A DNA stretch of 64,000 nucleotides from Leptospiraceae bacterium (GCA_040217195.1 JAVJNR010000005.1:192001-256000), one strand, 5' to 3'; counted from the first letter of the stretch, positions 39,415-49,588 are shown. The notes: generated by a model not told the origin, from the letters alone. Made by a program: numbers and translations.

Positions 39415-42400
39415 CTATCGGACTGCAGCTTCCTTTTCCCTTTCATGGATGGGCGCCGTAAGTTCCATAAGAGCGGCCAAAAAGGCAGATAGCCTGTCCT
39501 CCAGACCGGCCTTCTGAAGCGCTCCGGAAGGTTCAAAATACAGAGTATCCGATTTGCCAGGCTTAACACGAAAGCCCTTTCCAGATTTGAGTACCTGGAT
39601 CATATGCTCCGGTGGGATTCGGAAATTCTCTCCGGCCTCCAGCTGAATCAGTCCTGCCGCTTCCTCAAATACCTTTTCGAATCCAGCGCTGGAGCAAAGT
39701 GTACGAATCTTTTCAACTATAACAAACTGCCGGGCCGCGCCCAGGGGATCCCCGAACCGATCTTCCATCTCTGTGGCCAGGCTTTCCACCTCTTCCAGGT
39801 CTGTGGCGGCTTCGAATCTTTTATAGAACTCAATTTTCTGTCGAGTATCTGGAATGTAATCGTCTGGAAGATAAAAGTCTGTTTTTAGATTTACGGCGCA
39901 GCGGAAATCGGAGGGCACATCTTCGCCTTTCAGTCGACGGACTGCATCGTCCAGAAATTTGATGTAAAGTTCATAGCCCACATCCATAATATCACCGCTC
40001 TGCTCTTTACCCAGAAGGTTTCCGGCCCCTCGGATCTCCAGGTCACGCATGGCCACTTTAAAGCCACTGCCCAGTTCCTGATATTCCAGCAAAGTATTCA
40101 GACGTTTCTGAGCATGTTCGGTGAGTATATGCTTACCTGGATGAAAGAAATATGCATAGGCCTGCCTGGAAGATCGGCCTACTCGACCCCGAATTTGATA
40201 CAACTGAGATAGACCAAATGAATCTGCACGATCCACGATCAAAGTATTTACGTTGGGCATATCGATGCCATTTTCAATGATTGCGGTGGTCAAAAGCAGA
40301 TCGTATTTTCGATTCACAAAATCCAGAAGTACATTTTCAATGTCATCTTCATCCATCTGCCCGTGCAGAGTGGTAAAGCTTACATCCGGCATCAACTCTT
40401 GAATTCTGGCAGCCACTGCATCCAGATCCTGAATCCGGTTATGCAGGTAGAACACCTGACCGCCCCGTTCCAGTTCCCGCTCCACCGCCTCCATCAGAAC
40501 CGTATCGGAATCCTCCATTACAAAGGTTTGCACAGCTCTTCTATCTCTGGGAGGAGTTTGAATGATGCTCAGGTCTCGAATGCCTGTAAGCGAAAGATGT
40601 AATGTCCTGGGAATGGGTGTGGCCGTTAGAGTCAGTACATCCACCAGAGCTTTCATTTTCTTCAGAGCTTCCTTATGAGTTACTCCAAATCGCTGCTCTT
40701 CATCCACAATTAGAAGTCCTAGATTCTTGAACTTAATATCTTTGGCCAGCAATGCATGGGTTCCGATTACAACATCCACATCCCCTGCTTCCAGCTTCTG
40801 CTTTGCTTCCGTAATTTCCTTTCGAGTGCGAAAGCGAGATATCCAGTCCACACGAACCGGGAAATCCCCGTAGCGTTCCTTGAAATTCTTAAAATGCTGT
40901 AGTGCTAGAATCGTTGTTGGACAGATTACAGCCACCTGTTTACCACCCATTACCGCCTTGAATGTAGCACGGATGGCCACTTCTGTTTTTCCATACCCGA
41001 CATCTCCGCAGACCAGCCGATCCATAGGTCGAGGGGTCTCCATGTCCTGCTTCACGGATTCAATGGCGGTGATTTGATCTGGAGTTTCTTCAAACGGAAA
41101 GGCAGCTTCGAATTCTTCCTGCCATGGAGAATCCGGAGGATAGGCATATCCTTTTCGACTCATGCGAGCTGCGTATATTTTCAGTAGTTCTTCAGCGAAT
41201 TCTTCGATCCGCTCTTCCACTCTTTCTCTTACTTTCTTAAAAGAAGCACGTCCCAGATGATCCAGTCTGGGCTTATCCGTGGGCGCCGCATATTTCTGGA
41301 CCAGAGAAATCTGGTCCAGCGGAACAAAGAGCTTGTCCTGATCTGCATATTCTAGAACCAGAAAGTCTCTTTCTCGGCCCGCCGCCTTGACTCGCTCCAG
41401 CTTGATGAACTTTCCAACGCCATGATTGATATGAACTACAAAGTCACCTTCTTTGAGATCCAGGAAGGATTCTATAGGCGAAGAGGATCTGGCTTTGAAT
41501 CTATTTCTCTTTCTGTAGCCGCGACCAAATATATCATGATCGGACCAAACAAATAAATTCAGCTCTGGCACTTCAAAGCCAGAGTTGCGAAAGTTCTGTA
41601 TTACATGCAGTACAGGCTTTTCGCTGGATGCAGAGCTAGAAGATACATTGTTCTTTTTCAGCGCTGACGTTGCTCTGGATTTGCTGGTTTTACTCGACTT
41701 TCTTGCTGTCAGGCTCGATTTAGATCCGCCTGGCTTTTTCTGGCTTCCTGCATTTCTGTCGGAATCGGAAAAGGAAAGTGGTCCATCCGGATCTTCAGTA
41801 ACAGAAAGAGTTACAGGCTCGCCGCGAAAGATTCCGGAAATTCTTTGAATCTGGGCATGGTAGGGAGACGTGAGTATCACTGTGGCCCTCTGCTCCAGTT
41901 TATCTTCTACAGCTTTGCGAAGTTCTGATATGCGGCCTTGAAAACCGGACGCGGCCTGAATCATAGGCCGCTGCACATCAGATGCACTGTTTAGATCCGC
42001 CAGATCCTGCGTAAGTCGGAAGATGGCCCGAATGTTTTTCGGAAGTTCCGGACTTTCCTGTCCTTCCTCTTGCTCCAGATTTTCCAGATTGAGAGGATCC
42101 TCGGCCAGAATTTGCTCCGGGGAAGCAGCCATCCGATTGTGACACTCTGCTTCAAATATTATATGATGTTCCGTTATAACCCTGTGTCTGTGCTTTTCTA
42201 TATCTTCACTTTGAAGAACAATGACCAGGGGCTTTTGCGGGAAGCAATCCAGCAGACTTTTATTTTCCAGGAAGTCTACCAGCACATCCTCCAGTCCCGG
42301 CAGGTTTCGACCTGGATAGAATTGCTCGTTTGGTTCAAGTTTACCGGACGGATGCTGGCTTTCCAGCTCTGATAGCCAGTCCGGAGTTTCGCATCCTTCA

Positions 42401-43125
42401 AATTTCTGAAGATACTTCAAGAAAGCATCCTTATCTGTGGCTGGCAGTAGATCCTCACTGGCTGGCAGCACTTCGGCCATTTGTAGAATTTGGCCGCTTC
42501 TTTGAGTTTCAGGATCAAAGTTTCGGATGCTTTCTACTTCAATGTCAAAGAAGTCCAACCGAAGTGGTTCATGACCCGGAGAATAAATGTCCATCACAGA
42601 ACCCTTAAGACAAACATCACCGGGACCTTCGGTCCTTTCCACTCGATGATATCCCAGGCTAAGAAGTTTTTGAAGAAGCAGTGATGGATCCAGAGTCATG
42701 CCTGACTTGATGTTCAACGTTGCTTTCTTCCAGATATCGGGATTCTGGATTCTTCGCATTAAGGCTGTAATTGGTGCAACATAGAGGCCGGCCCTGTTTT
42801 CGCAGAGATCCAGAATTCCATGCACACGCTGACCGGCAATCCCTGCATCCCTTCGGGCGCGATCGTAAGGAATTCCATCACGTTCAGGGATTAGGACAAA
42901 TTCACTGGGCTCCAGAAACAGTTCCAGATCGAGCGCCAGTGCTTCTGCGGATACGGCTCCAGGCGTTACAACCAGAACCGGAAGGTCTGGCAGGCTTTGC
43001 CGTAACGAAGCCAGAACAAAGCCTGTGGCTCCGGGGGGAACGCCGTACACAGGAAAAAGACCGCCGGTTTTGTTCCAGCGGTCTTCCCAGAATCTGCCGG
43101 CAAATGCCTTGAGAAAGGATTGCAC
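39415..43125 (-). CDS. mfd: Transcription-repair coupling factor
   Basis: UvrB-homology N-terminus, RID (GDFVVHINHGVG), CGDVGYGKTEVA, DEEQRFG, QIRGRVGR, TRG and C-terminal domains. Confidence 0.98.
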   Translation of the reverse strand: MQSFLKAFAGRFWEDRWNKTGGLFPVYGVPPGATGFVLASLRQSLPDLPVLVVTPGAVSAEALALDLELFLEPSEFVLIPERDGIPYDRARRDAGIAGQRVHGILDLCENRAGLYVAPITALMRRIQNPDIWKKATLNIKSGMTLDPSLLLQKLLSLGYHRVERTEGPGDVCLKGSVMDIYSPGHEPLRLDFFDIEVESIRNFDPETQRSGQILQMAEVLPASEDLLPATDKDAFLKYLQKFEGCETPDWLSELESQHPSGKLEPNEQFYPGRNLPGLEDVLVDFLENKSLLDCFPQKPLVIVLQSEDIEKHRHRVITEHHIIFEAECHNRMAASPEQILAEDPLNLENLEQEEGQESPELPKNIRAIFRLTQDLADLNSASDVQRPMIQAASGFQGRISELRKAVEDKLEQRATVILTSPYHAQIQRISGIFRGEPVTLSVTEDPDGPLSFSDSDRNAGSQKKPGGSKSSLTARKSSKTSKSRATSALKKNNVSSSSASSEKPVLHVIQNFRNSGFEVPELNLFVWSDHDIFGRGYRKRNRFKARSSSPIESFLDLKEGDFVVHINHGVGKFIKLERVKAAGRERDFLVLEYADQDKLFVPLDQISLVQKYAAPTDKPRLDHLGRASFKKVRERVEERIEEFAEELLKIYAARMSRKGYAYPPDSPWQEEFEAAFPFEETPDQITAIESVKQDMETPRPMDRLVCGDVGYGKTEVAIRATFKAVMGGKQVAVICPTTILALQHFKNFKERYGDFPVRVDWISRFRTRKEITEAKQKLEAGDVDVVIGTHALLAKDIKFKNLGLLIVDEEQRFGVTHKEALKKMKALVDVLTLTATPIPRTLHLSLTGIRDLSIIQTPPRDRRAVQTFVMEDSDTVLMEAVERELERGGQVFYLHNRIQDLDAVAARIQELMPDVSFTTLHGQMDEDDIENVLLDFVNRKYDLLLTTAIIENGIDMPNVNTLIVDRADSFGLSQLYQIRGRVGRSSRQAYAYFFHPGKHILTEHAQKRLNTLLEYQELGSGFKVAMRDLEIRGAGNLLGKEQSGDIMDVGYELYIKFLDDAVRRLKGEDVPSDFRCAVNLKTDFYLPDDYIPDTRQKIEFYKRFEAATDLEEVESLATEMEDRFGDPLGAARQFVIVEKIRTLCSSAGFEKVFEEAAGLIQLEAGENFRIPPEHMIQVLKSGKGFRVKPGKSDTLYFEPSGALQKAGLEDRLSAFLAALMELTAPIHEREKEAAVR

Positions 43126-43166
43126 TCAGGACCGAATCCCTCGCACACATCTGCCATACAAGTGTT

Positions 43167-43844
43167 TTAGGCCCTCCTTTCTAGAGATAAGGCCGGATAA
43201 TCTACGGTGTCACCTTTAATGCCAAGGTATTGTTCATACCTCCTGAATGGCTGCCGGTTAAAATATCCAAGGTATTTTTGAAGAGGAGAATAAGGCGTTC
43301 CGTTGCGTAGATTGTACAAAATGAATGTATCCCGGAAAGCCGAGGCAGTAAGGCCGGGTATCAACAATCGCTTTCCCAGCTGCTGAACGAATCGCTCCAC
43401 CGTCCGACTGTGGAAGGGAGAAAAGGGATCCCTGGAATAAAACAAAAACTGATCCATGTCTCGGCCCTGAATGCAGCGGCACATGGGATAGTAAAGAATG
43501 GGAGGTAAGGATATACTTCGCTCCCGTTTCTGTCTTTGTCCGGAAAATCCCGGATCCCCTCTTCGCAGACATGCGTTTCTGGTATCTACTATGCGAAGCT
43601 TTTGACGCCCCAGATCTACATCCCCCACCTTCAGGGTAACTGCTTCACGAACCTGAAGGCCCGTTTCCCAGAGCAATCTGAGTAACAGTTGAAAGGGATG
43701 GCCCGCAGAGGCAGCATGAATTCTTCGCAAGGTTTCGGAAGATAATTCTAGAATATCCTCCCTGTTTCGCTTGAACACTCCTAATGATCTATTGTCCTTC
43801 ATCTGGGTTAATACAATTGCATTAAAACATTTGATTGCAATCAT
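43167..43844 (-). CDS. Tyrosine recombinase (XerC/D-like) catalytic-domain protein with degenerate active site
   Basis: LLWETGLQVREAVTLKVGDVD (box I), LTASAFRDTF and LQKYLGY...RRY (box II); SD AGGAG upstream; no N-terminal SAM-like domain. Confidence 0.8.
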   Translation of the reverse strand: MIAIKCFNAIVLTQMKDNRSLGVFKRNREDILELSSETLRRIHAASAGHPFQLLLRLLWETGLQVREAVTLKVGDVDLGRQKLRIVDTRNACLRRGDPGFSGQRQKRERSISLPPILYYPMCRCIQGRDMDQFLFYSRDPFSPFHSRTVERFVQQLGKRLLIPGLTASAFRDTFILYNLRNGTPYSPLQKYLGYFNRQPFRRYEQYLGIKGDTVDYPALSLERRA

Positions 43845-44166
43845 CTAGTAATCTCCTGCCATTAAATCTTACAGGATTTTTCGGATTTTGTTAGATTGGC
43901 CCGATGATTATGATTATCTATCAAAGCCCGGCCATAGCATTTGATGTATGATCATCGCCCAAAGGCGCAGCCCATTTTTGCAGCCCAGGAAATGGACCTT
44001 TTAGGCATGAGAATGGAAAAAAATCGGATTTTGGCCCCATCCAGATATGGTCTTTTTTCCTCGGAAGGGGCTGAATTTGCCAGAATGCTTTCCGATAGCG
44101 CTGAAAATTCGATTGACCTGGACCGAAAATAGAAGAGACTCCATTCAAAAAATCAGGAACCCTTCC

Positions 44167-45822
44167 ATGTCATTGAGATTTAAGAATCAAGCACTTACTT
44201 TATTTTTGGCTGCCATCACTTTACTGGTAGCCGGGCCCGTTATGGCCGAAGACCCCTCCGTTTCCGAGGATACGGTTCGAGTACCGGCCGTAGACTTCGA
44301 AAACAGGACAAATCGGCGAGCCACACCGGCTGCCCGCGAATATGAACGCAATACGGGTGTTCAGGGCGCCGAAGAAGTCCTGAAAGATGGCGAATACTCC
44401 CTTCGTGGAGTATCCATTGTCCGTGTTTTTGATCCGTCAAAAGAAGGAATGGGAGCAGACATTGTTACCATTGATCCTCAGGCGGACTTTGGACACATTA
44501 ATGCAATCATTCGAGTGCTGCAGGGGTATCTGAGTAGAGCCTTTGAATACAATATGGAAGATGCAGCCGTTGTTGCAAGATACATTGTATATTACAATGC
44601 TCGTTTGAGAAATGATGCCAGTCTGTATCAGGGTAAGTATTCGGAAGATGTTCTGGCCAAAGTGGATCCGAAAAAAGCTGGTATTGATCGCTCCTACCGT
44701 AATTGGGCCGGAAATACTCAGATCTTTATTCCTCTCAAGAAAAACGTTGTTCGCCCTGGAGATACCGACGTAGATCGAGAAGAGATTACAGAGGAAGAAA
44801 CCGGAATTAACGAAGATGATAAGACCGATATGGATCGGATCGATGAAGATCGGAAAGACGAAGATAAGGATCGTCTAGACGAGAAAGAAGAAGAGCTGGA
44901 AAAGCGCAAAGAAGATACAGGAAAGGAACTGGAAGAACTTCAGAAAGATCCTGAAAAGAATAAAGAAGCAATAGAAGAAACCAAAGAAGAACTGGAGCAA
45001 ATCGAGCAAGAGCAGAAAGAAGTTCAGGAACAGAAAGAAGATCTGGAACAAGGAACTACAGATTCCACGGACTCTACGGATTCCACTGATAGCACAGACT
45101 CCACCGATTCAACGGACTCTACGGATTCTACAGACTCCACTGATTCAACAGATTCTACTGACAGCACCGATACCACAGATTCAACGGAAACTACCGAAAC
45201 CACGGATAGTACAGAGGAAGTGGCCACTACAGATACAACCAAGCCAGACGAAACCCTGGAAGAAATCGATAAGAGTGAAAATGTAATCGCAGAAAAGATC
45301 CTGTTTCTGCGAATCCTTCGCTACATTGAAGGCGGACATTACAGCAACGAACTCTGGGCTATCGATCCCAAGAAAGACGATACCCTAGAGAAGAGCCCTT
45401 ACTCAAATATCTGCGGTCGTGAATTTGTAGGCCTTGGCGAAGACTCAGTGGTGGTTATCGGATACGAAGGATCTGCACACAATGATTCCAGCCATATCCT
45501 GGTTGTGATCAACGGAAAGGACCTTCTGAAGAAAAATCAGTCCCAGGAAGAAGTATTCTGGCGCACTCCAATGGTTACCAAAGATGGCAAAGTATATGCT
45601 TTCATCAAAGACGGTAACTCCTACTTTCTAGGCCGATTCAATGCAGACCTTACCCTGGATGCCAGGAGCTCCGATCCGATCAGCCAGAATTCAGATGTTA
45701 CATTTTACGGAGAAAAGATCTACCTCACAGGGAAGTCCGGCAATGGGGATACCACAACCATTCAGGTATTCAATGCAGGAGATTTGAAACTGATTAAAAC
45801 GATTACACCTCCAGCGAACTAG
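44167..45822 (+). CDS. P83/100 family protein
   Basis: GADIVTI...HINAIIRVLQGYL..AFEY..EDA..VARYIVYYNA..R, GI.RSY.NWAGNTQI.IPL; acidic coiled coil; signal peptide. Confidence 0.85.
   Translation: MSLRFKNQALTLFLAAITLLVAGPVMAEDPSVSEDTVRVPAVDFENRTNRRATPAAREYERNTGVQGAEEVLKDGEYSLRGVSIVRVFDPSKEGMGADIVTIDPQADFGHINAIIRVLQGYLSRAFEYNMEDAAVVARYIVYYNARLRNDASLYQGKYSEDVLAKVDPKKAGIDRSYRNWAGNTQIFIPLKKNVVRPGDTDVDREEITEEETGINEDDKTDMDRIDEDRKDEDKDRLDEKEEELEKRKEDTGKELEELQKDPEKNKEAIEETKEELEQIEQEQKEVQEQKEDLEQGTTDSTDSTDSTDSTDSTDSTDSTDSTDSTDSTDSTDSTDTTDSTETTETTDSTEEVATTDTTKPDETLEEIDKSENVIAEKILFLRILRYIEGGHYSNELWAIDPKKDDTLEKSPYSNICGREFVGLGEDSVVVIGYEGSAHNDSSHILVVINGKDLLKKNQSQEEVFWRTPMVTKDGKVYAFIKDGNSYFLGRFNADLTLDARSSDPISQNSDVTFYGEKIYLTGKSGNGDTTTIQVFNAGDLKLIKTITPPAN
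45058..45210 (+). repeat. Coding 9-bp repeat: (Thr-Asp-Ser)12 plus degenerate TDT/TDS/TET units
   Basis: Period-9 repeat with heavily varied synonymous codons inside the P83/100 gene. Confidence 0.95.
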
Positions 45823-45856
45823 CAGCTGACATTAATTCTCTGGCGGCCTGGCCGCC

Positions 45857-45887
45857 AAAAAGGTCGGCCATAGGGTCGGCCTTTTTT
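45857..45887 (+). terminator. Intrinsic terminator after P83/100 gene (possibly bidirectional)
   Basis: A5-GGTCGGCC-ATAG-GGTCGGCC-T6 (stem with G.U pairs), preceded by a GGCGGC/GCCGCC hairpin. Confidence 0.75.
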
Positions 45888-45925
45888 GTTTAAAATTGCT
45901 TCTACCGCAACAGGGGGATGGGCTA

Positions 45926-46288
45926 TTGAGACGTGTAAGACTGAAACCAATTTCAATTTTTCTGGCAGTCCTCGGGGGATTGACTTTGCTCGGTGGATAT
46001 ACTGCATTTTCCGTATTCATCTACTCCCCTTTGCTTCAGGATCGATGTAGCTTGAGTTGTACGTCCGCTGAACAAGCCGTGGTTCAATCCGGTTACGCGG
46101 CCACCTCAATTACCGAAGGTTGTGAATGTGACAGTCCCGAAGGCTTCAACAGGGGTCACTTCTTCTTTCAAGATGAAAACATTGACTGGGTCGCTCTGAT
46201 CATGATCCGAGTAAGCGCCATAGGGCTGATATCGCTACTGGTAATACTGCCGCTTTCAAAAGCAATTCAGCGAATTGAGAAGGTCTGA
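45926..46288 (+). CDS. Small hypothetical membrane protein (two TM helices, 4 Cys in loop)
   Basis: Fills the gap in same-strand context; TTG start after GGGGGA. Confidence 0.5.
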   Translation: MRRVRLKPISIFLAVLGGLTLLGGYTAFSVFIYSPLLQDRCSLSCTSAEQAVVQSGYAATSITEGCECDSPEGFNRGHFFFQDENIDWVALIMIRVSAIGLISLLVILPLSKAIQRIEKV

Positions 46289-46327
46289 AAAGGTTGCCAG
46301 AATATTATTGGCCTTCAGACTCTGGCC

Positions 46328-46810
46328 ATGAGCGCAGAATCCAATAAGGCATTGATCGAGAATTTCTATACCGCCTTTCAAAACAAAGATGGGCAGACCA
46401 TGGCCGATAGCTATGCATCGGATGCAACATTCCATGATCCTGTATTTCAGGAACTGCAAGGTGTGCAGATCGGTGCTATGTGGAAGATGCTCCTGGAACG
46501 ATCTACAGATCTAAAAATCGTATTCTCGGAGGTGCAGGCCGATGAGAGCACTGGTAGCGCAAAATGGGTGGCCACTTATCCATTCAGTAAGACAGGCCGA
46601 ACCATAGTGAATCATATCCAGGCGAAATTCAAATTCGAAGACGGAAAAATCATAGATCACAAAGACAGCTTTTCTCTTTGGAAATGGTCAAGGATGGCTC
46701 TGGGAGCTAGCGGGCTATTTCTGGGCTGGTCAGGTGCCGTCCAGGGAAAGATTCGTAAAGAAGCCCAGGGCGGATTGAAACTCTGGATGAAGAGAAAAAG
46801 AATCAGCTAA
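46328..46810 (+). CDS. NTF2/SnoaL-like protein
   Basis: FYTAFQNKD...Y..DATFHDPVF...W.ATY.F..TGR...N.I.A.F.FEDGKII.H.D.F. Confidence 0.9.
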   Translation: MSAESNKALIENFYTAFQNKDGQTMADSYASDATFHDPVFQELQGVQIGAMWKMLLERSTDLKIVFSEVQADESTGSAKWVATYPFSKTGRTIVNHIQAKFKFEDGKIIDHKDSFSLWKWSRMALGASGLFLGWSGAVQGKIRKEAQGGLKLWMKRKRIS

Positions 46811-46825
46811 GCCATAAGTCCCGGG

Positions 46826-47434
46826 ATGACTACGCCAAATACTCGAGCCCTGAGCACTCTGCTCATCCTATCGGCAATCTTACTGCTGATCTGGTGGATG
46901 GCCACAGGTGGGATATTTCTGTCCTTGAATGGAGATTTCCCTGGCTCCGTTTTGCATCCGGCCTGGATACCAGTGAATGCCCTCGGACTGCTGGGATGCA
47001 TTCTACTGTGCCTGGGTCTGCCTATTCTTGGATTTCACTCGGAGGGCTCGGGCCCAGTACCGTTTAGCACCGGTGTTCTAATATCCCAGGCCGGAGTAAT
47101 ACTGTTTACAGCCATCCAGTATTACGAGACCTTTTTATGGCCGGTGGCTGCCGATTTCGATCCCTCCCTGATTGCCCTGGAAGGTGCACTGGTTTTTGGC
47201 GATCTGCGAGTCAGTGTTCCTCTAGTTGCCTCCGGGCTGGTTCTGGCCACTGGATTTCTAATTCTGATGATAGAGCTAATTCGCTCCGGCGAGACCAAAC
47301 TCTGGCCGGTTCTGCTATTTTTGGGTGCTCTATTATTCGGAAGCGGACTGATCGTGCCAGTCAGAACCATCGGCCTATTGATTTTTACTGCGGCTCTAAT
47401 TCGGTACGGCAGACTGAATCGGCAAGAAAAATAG
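46826..47434 (+). CDS. Hypothetical integral membrane protein
   Basis: Five to six hydrophobic segments. Confidence 0.7.
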   Translation: MTTPNTRALSTLLILSAILLLIWWMATGGIFLSLNGDFPGSVLHPAWIPVNALGLLGCILLCLGLPILGFHSEGSGPVPFSTGVLISQAGVILFTAIQYYETFLWPVAADFDPSLIALEGALVFGDLRVSVPLVASGLVLATGFLILMIELIRSGETKLWPVLLFLGALLFGSGLIVPVRTIGLLIFTAALIRYGRLNRQEK

Positions 47435-47583
47435 GTCAGGTCATGAGTTGCCTACTACCGGCCTCGGCCCTTTCAAAATGATCAGAAATTCCATGGTTTA
47501 AGCATGCATGCCTTGATTGTTCTTTGCCCTTCCGCAATAGCGCTTCAGAAGACCGACCTAAAATGCCGGGTACTTCCAGGAAC

Positions 47584-47614
47584 AAAAAAGCCCGAGCTAC
47601 CAAGCCCGGGCTTT
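47584..47614 (-). terminator. Intrinsic terminator after amidohydrolase gene
   Basis: Minus strand GCCCGGGCT-TGGT-AGCTCGGGC followed by T6. Confidence 0.75.
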
Positions 47615-47670
47615 CATTCTGCGAAACACAAATTTCACATCTGGATTCTGACCTTCACTCAAATTATATT

Positions 47671-49428
47671 TTACATACTTGAGCTTCGGACAATCCGACC
47701 GGGCCTTGCATCGGTTACCTGATCATTTTCCAGAACTACCTGCCCGGCCACAAGTGTGGCTCTATAGCCTTGCACTTCCTGCATCAGTCTTTGACCTCCG
47801 CCCGGAAGGTCCTGAATCATTCGGGGAGCCTTTAGACTCAAGTTATCGTAGTCGATTACATTCAGGTCTGCTTTTTTTCCTACCTGAATGAGTCCTCGAT
47901 CCGAATAGCCCATATGGCGGGCATTATCGCTGGTGAGCATTTGAACGGCACGTTCCAGGCCAATGCGATCTTTCTTTCTATCGCGGGTCCAGTAGCTCAG
48001 GAAATAAGTGGGAAAGCTACCATCGCATACGGTACCCACATGCGCGCCACTGTCAGATAGACCAAACAGAGACTGGGGATGTTCCAGCATTGTATGAACG
48101 TTGTCATAGCTAAATTCAGTATAGTTGTAGATTGGAAAGTAAATTAGCGCCTTCCCATCGTTCTTGAGCATTGTATCATAGACCAGATCCAGAGGAGCAA
48201 TGCCCATTCCTTTGGCTCTTGCGCCCAGGCTCTGCTCCACAGGTTGTTCATAGTCCGGGGATTCGCCCAGCTCAAACAACTTGAAAGATAGCTGCTCGAT
48301 GGCTGCCAGGAATTTGTCTGCAAGAGGCGGTACAGGAGTTCCATCGCCGGCCAGTTGTTCGGATGGCTCATCGATGATCCTACGCTTCAGCTCCGGATCT
48401 TTCATCTTCTCCACTCTTTCTTTTAGCGAAAGATGGCTGATGGCCTTGTAACTTGCTTTTCCCATGAAAGGATGAAACGTACACTGCAGTCCCAGGTTTA
48501 CGCCAATCGCTCTGGGGGCGACCTGAAAGTGAAAGTCGATTCCCTTTTTAGAGGCTTCTTCGCCTTTCTGCAGGATTCTTTTCCAGAGGTCCGGCCAGAA
48601 GTCCCTTTGATTAAGAGATAAAGAGAATGGACGACCGCTTGCCGCCGCGAACTTCTCCAGAAATTCGAACTCCTTATCGAAATCATCGTGGGTGCGCTCC
48701 ATGTCGAAATCGGATACGGCTTGCAGTACTCCGTAATTCAGACCTTTGAACGATGATGCAAGACCTACCAGCTCTTCCATGGTTGCTTCGGACGCTGGAG
48801 TCCAGTTACCGGAAGCGCTTCTATGCACATCGGAACGTCCGGTGGTCAGTCCGGCGGCGCCCGCTTCCATTGCTTCGCGGACGAATTGCTGCATTTTCTT
48901 TATGTCATCTTCGGTGGCTGGCTTCTGCTCCAGAGCCCGCTCTCCCATGGTATACACACGAAGAGCATCGTGAGGAATCTGAGCAGCAAAGTCGATGGTA
49001 TGGGGCATCTTATCCAGAGCATCCATGTACTCCGGAAACGATTCCCATTGCCAGTTGATCCCTTCTGCCAGAGCAGCGCCGGGGATGTCTTCCACCCCTT
49101 CCATCAAATCGATTAATTTATTTCTATCTTCCTTTTTAACCGGCGCAAAACCGACTCCGCAGGAACCCATAACTACCGTTGTGGTACCATGATTCACCGA
49201 TGGCATTAGCACTTCATCCCAGCTTACCTGCCCATCGTAATGCGTATGCAAATCCACAAAGCCCGGTGTTACCAGAGCCCCATTTGCATCTATGGTTCTA
49301 GCCGCAGATTCTTCTACTTTTCCGACAGAAACGATCTTTCCGTCTTTGATTCCAATATCGCCTTTGAACGTCTCATTTCCGGATCCATCGACAATGGTTC
49401 CGCCTTCTATTTTTAGATCCAAACTCAT
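47671..49428 (-). CDS. N-acyl-D-amino-acid deacylase family amidohydrolase
   Basis: TPGFVDLHTHYD, HGTTTVVMGSCGVGFAP, SDSGAH, GKKADLNVID. Confidence 0.92.
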   Translation of the reverse strand: MSLDLKIEGGTIVDGSGNETFKGDIGIKDGKIVSVGKVEESAARTIDANGALVTPGFVDLHTHYDGQVSWDEVLMPSVNHGTTTVVMGSCGVGFAPVKKEDRNKLIDLMEGVEDIPGAALAEGINWQWESFPEYMDALDKMPHTIDFAAQIPHDALRVYTMGERALEQKPATEDDIKKMQQFVREAMEAGAAGLTTGRSDVHRSASGNWTPASEATMEELVGLASSFKGLNYGVLQAVSDFDMERTHDDFDKEFEFLEKFAAASGRPFSLSLNQRDFWPDLWKRILQKGEEASKKGIDFHFQVAPRAIGVNLGLQCTFHPFMGKASYKAISHLSLKERVEKMKDPELKRRIIDEPSEQLAGDGTPVPPLADKFLAAIEQLSFKLFELGESPDYEQPVEQSLGARAKGMGIAPLDLVYDTMLKNDGKALIYFPIYNYTEFSYDNVHTMLEHPQSLFGLSDSGAHVGTVCDGSFPTYFLSYWTRDRKKDRIGLERAVQMLTSDNARHMGYSDRGLIQVGKKADLNVIDYDNLSLKAPRMIQDLPGGGQRLMQEVQGYRATLVAGQVVLENDQVTDARPGRIVRSSSM

Positions 49429-49588
49429 AATTATCCCCCGGGCGCAGGATAACAGAGCGTCAGATAGAAATCCATCATTTTTTGTAACGAGCGCTACGGA
49501 GATTGGATACCCTGGTCACCTGAGTAACTCTGGTAGTGCCGACAGGACCGGAGCGGCTATCCAGGCATGGTGCCTATAAAGGAATTCC

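Noticed and set aside
44069..44098. Possible sigma28 promoter (TGAA-N15-TCCGATAG) before the P83/100 gene
   Set aside because: The -35 is weak, and a better sigma70-type TTGACC-16-GAGACT lies closer to the gene.
43167..44166. Prophage, integron or genomic island anchored on the integrase-like gene
   Set aside because: Flanked by core genes (mfd, P83/100); no tRNA, att repeats, attC sites or cargo; active site degenerate.
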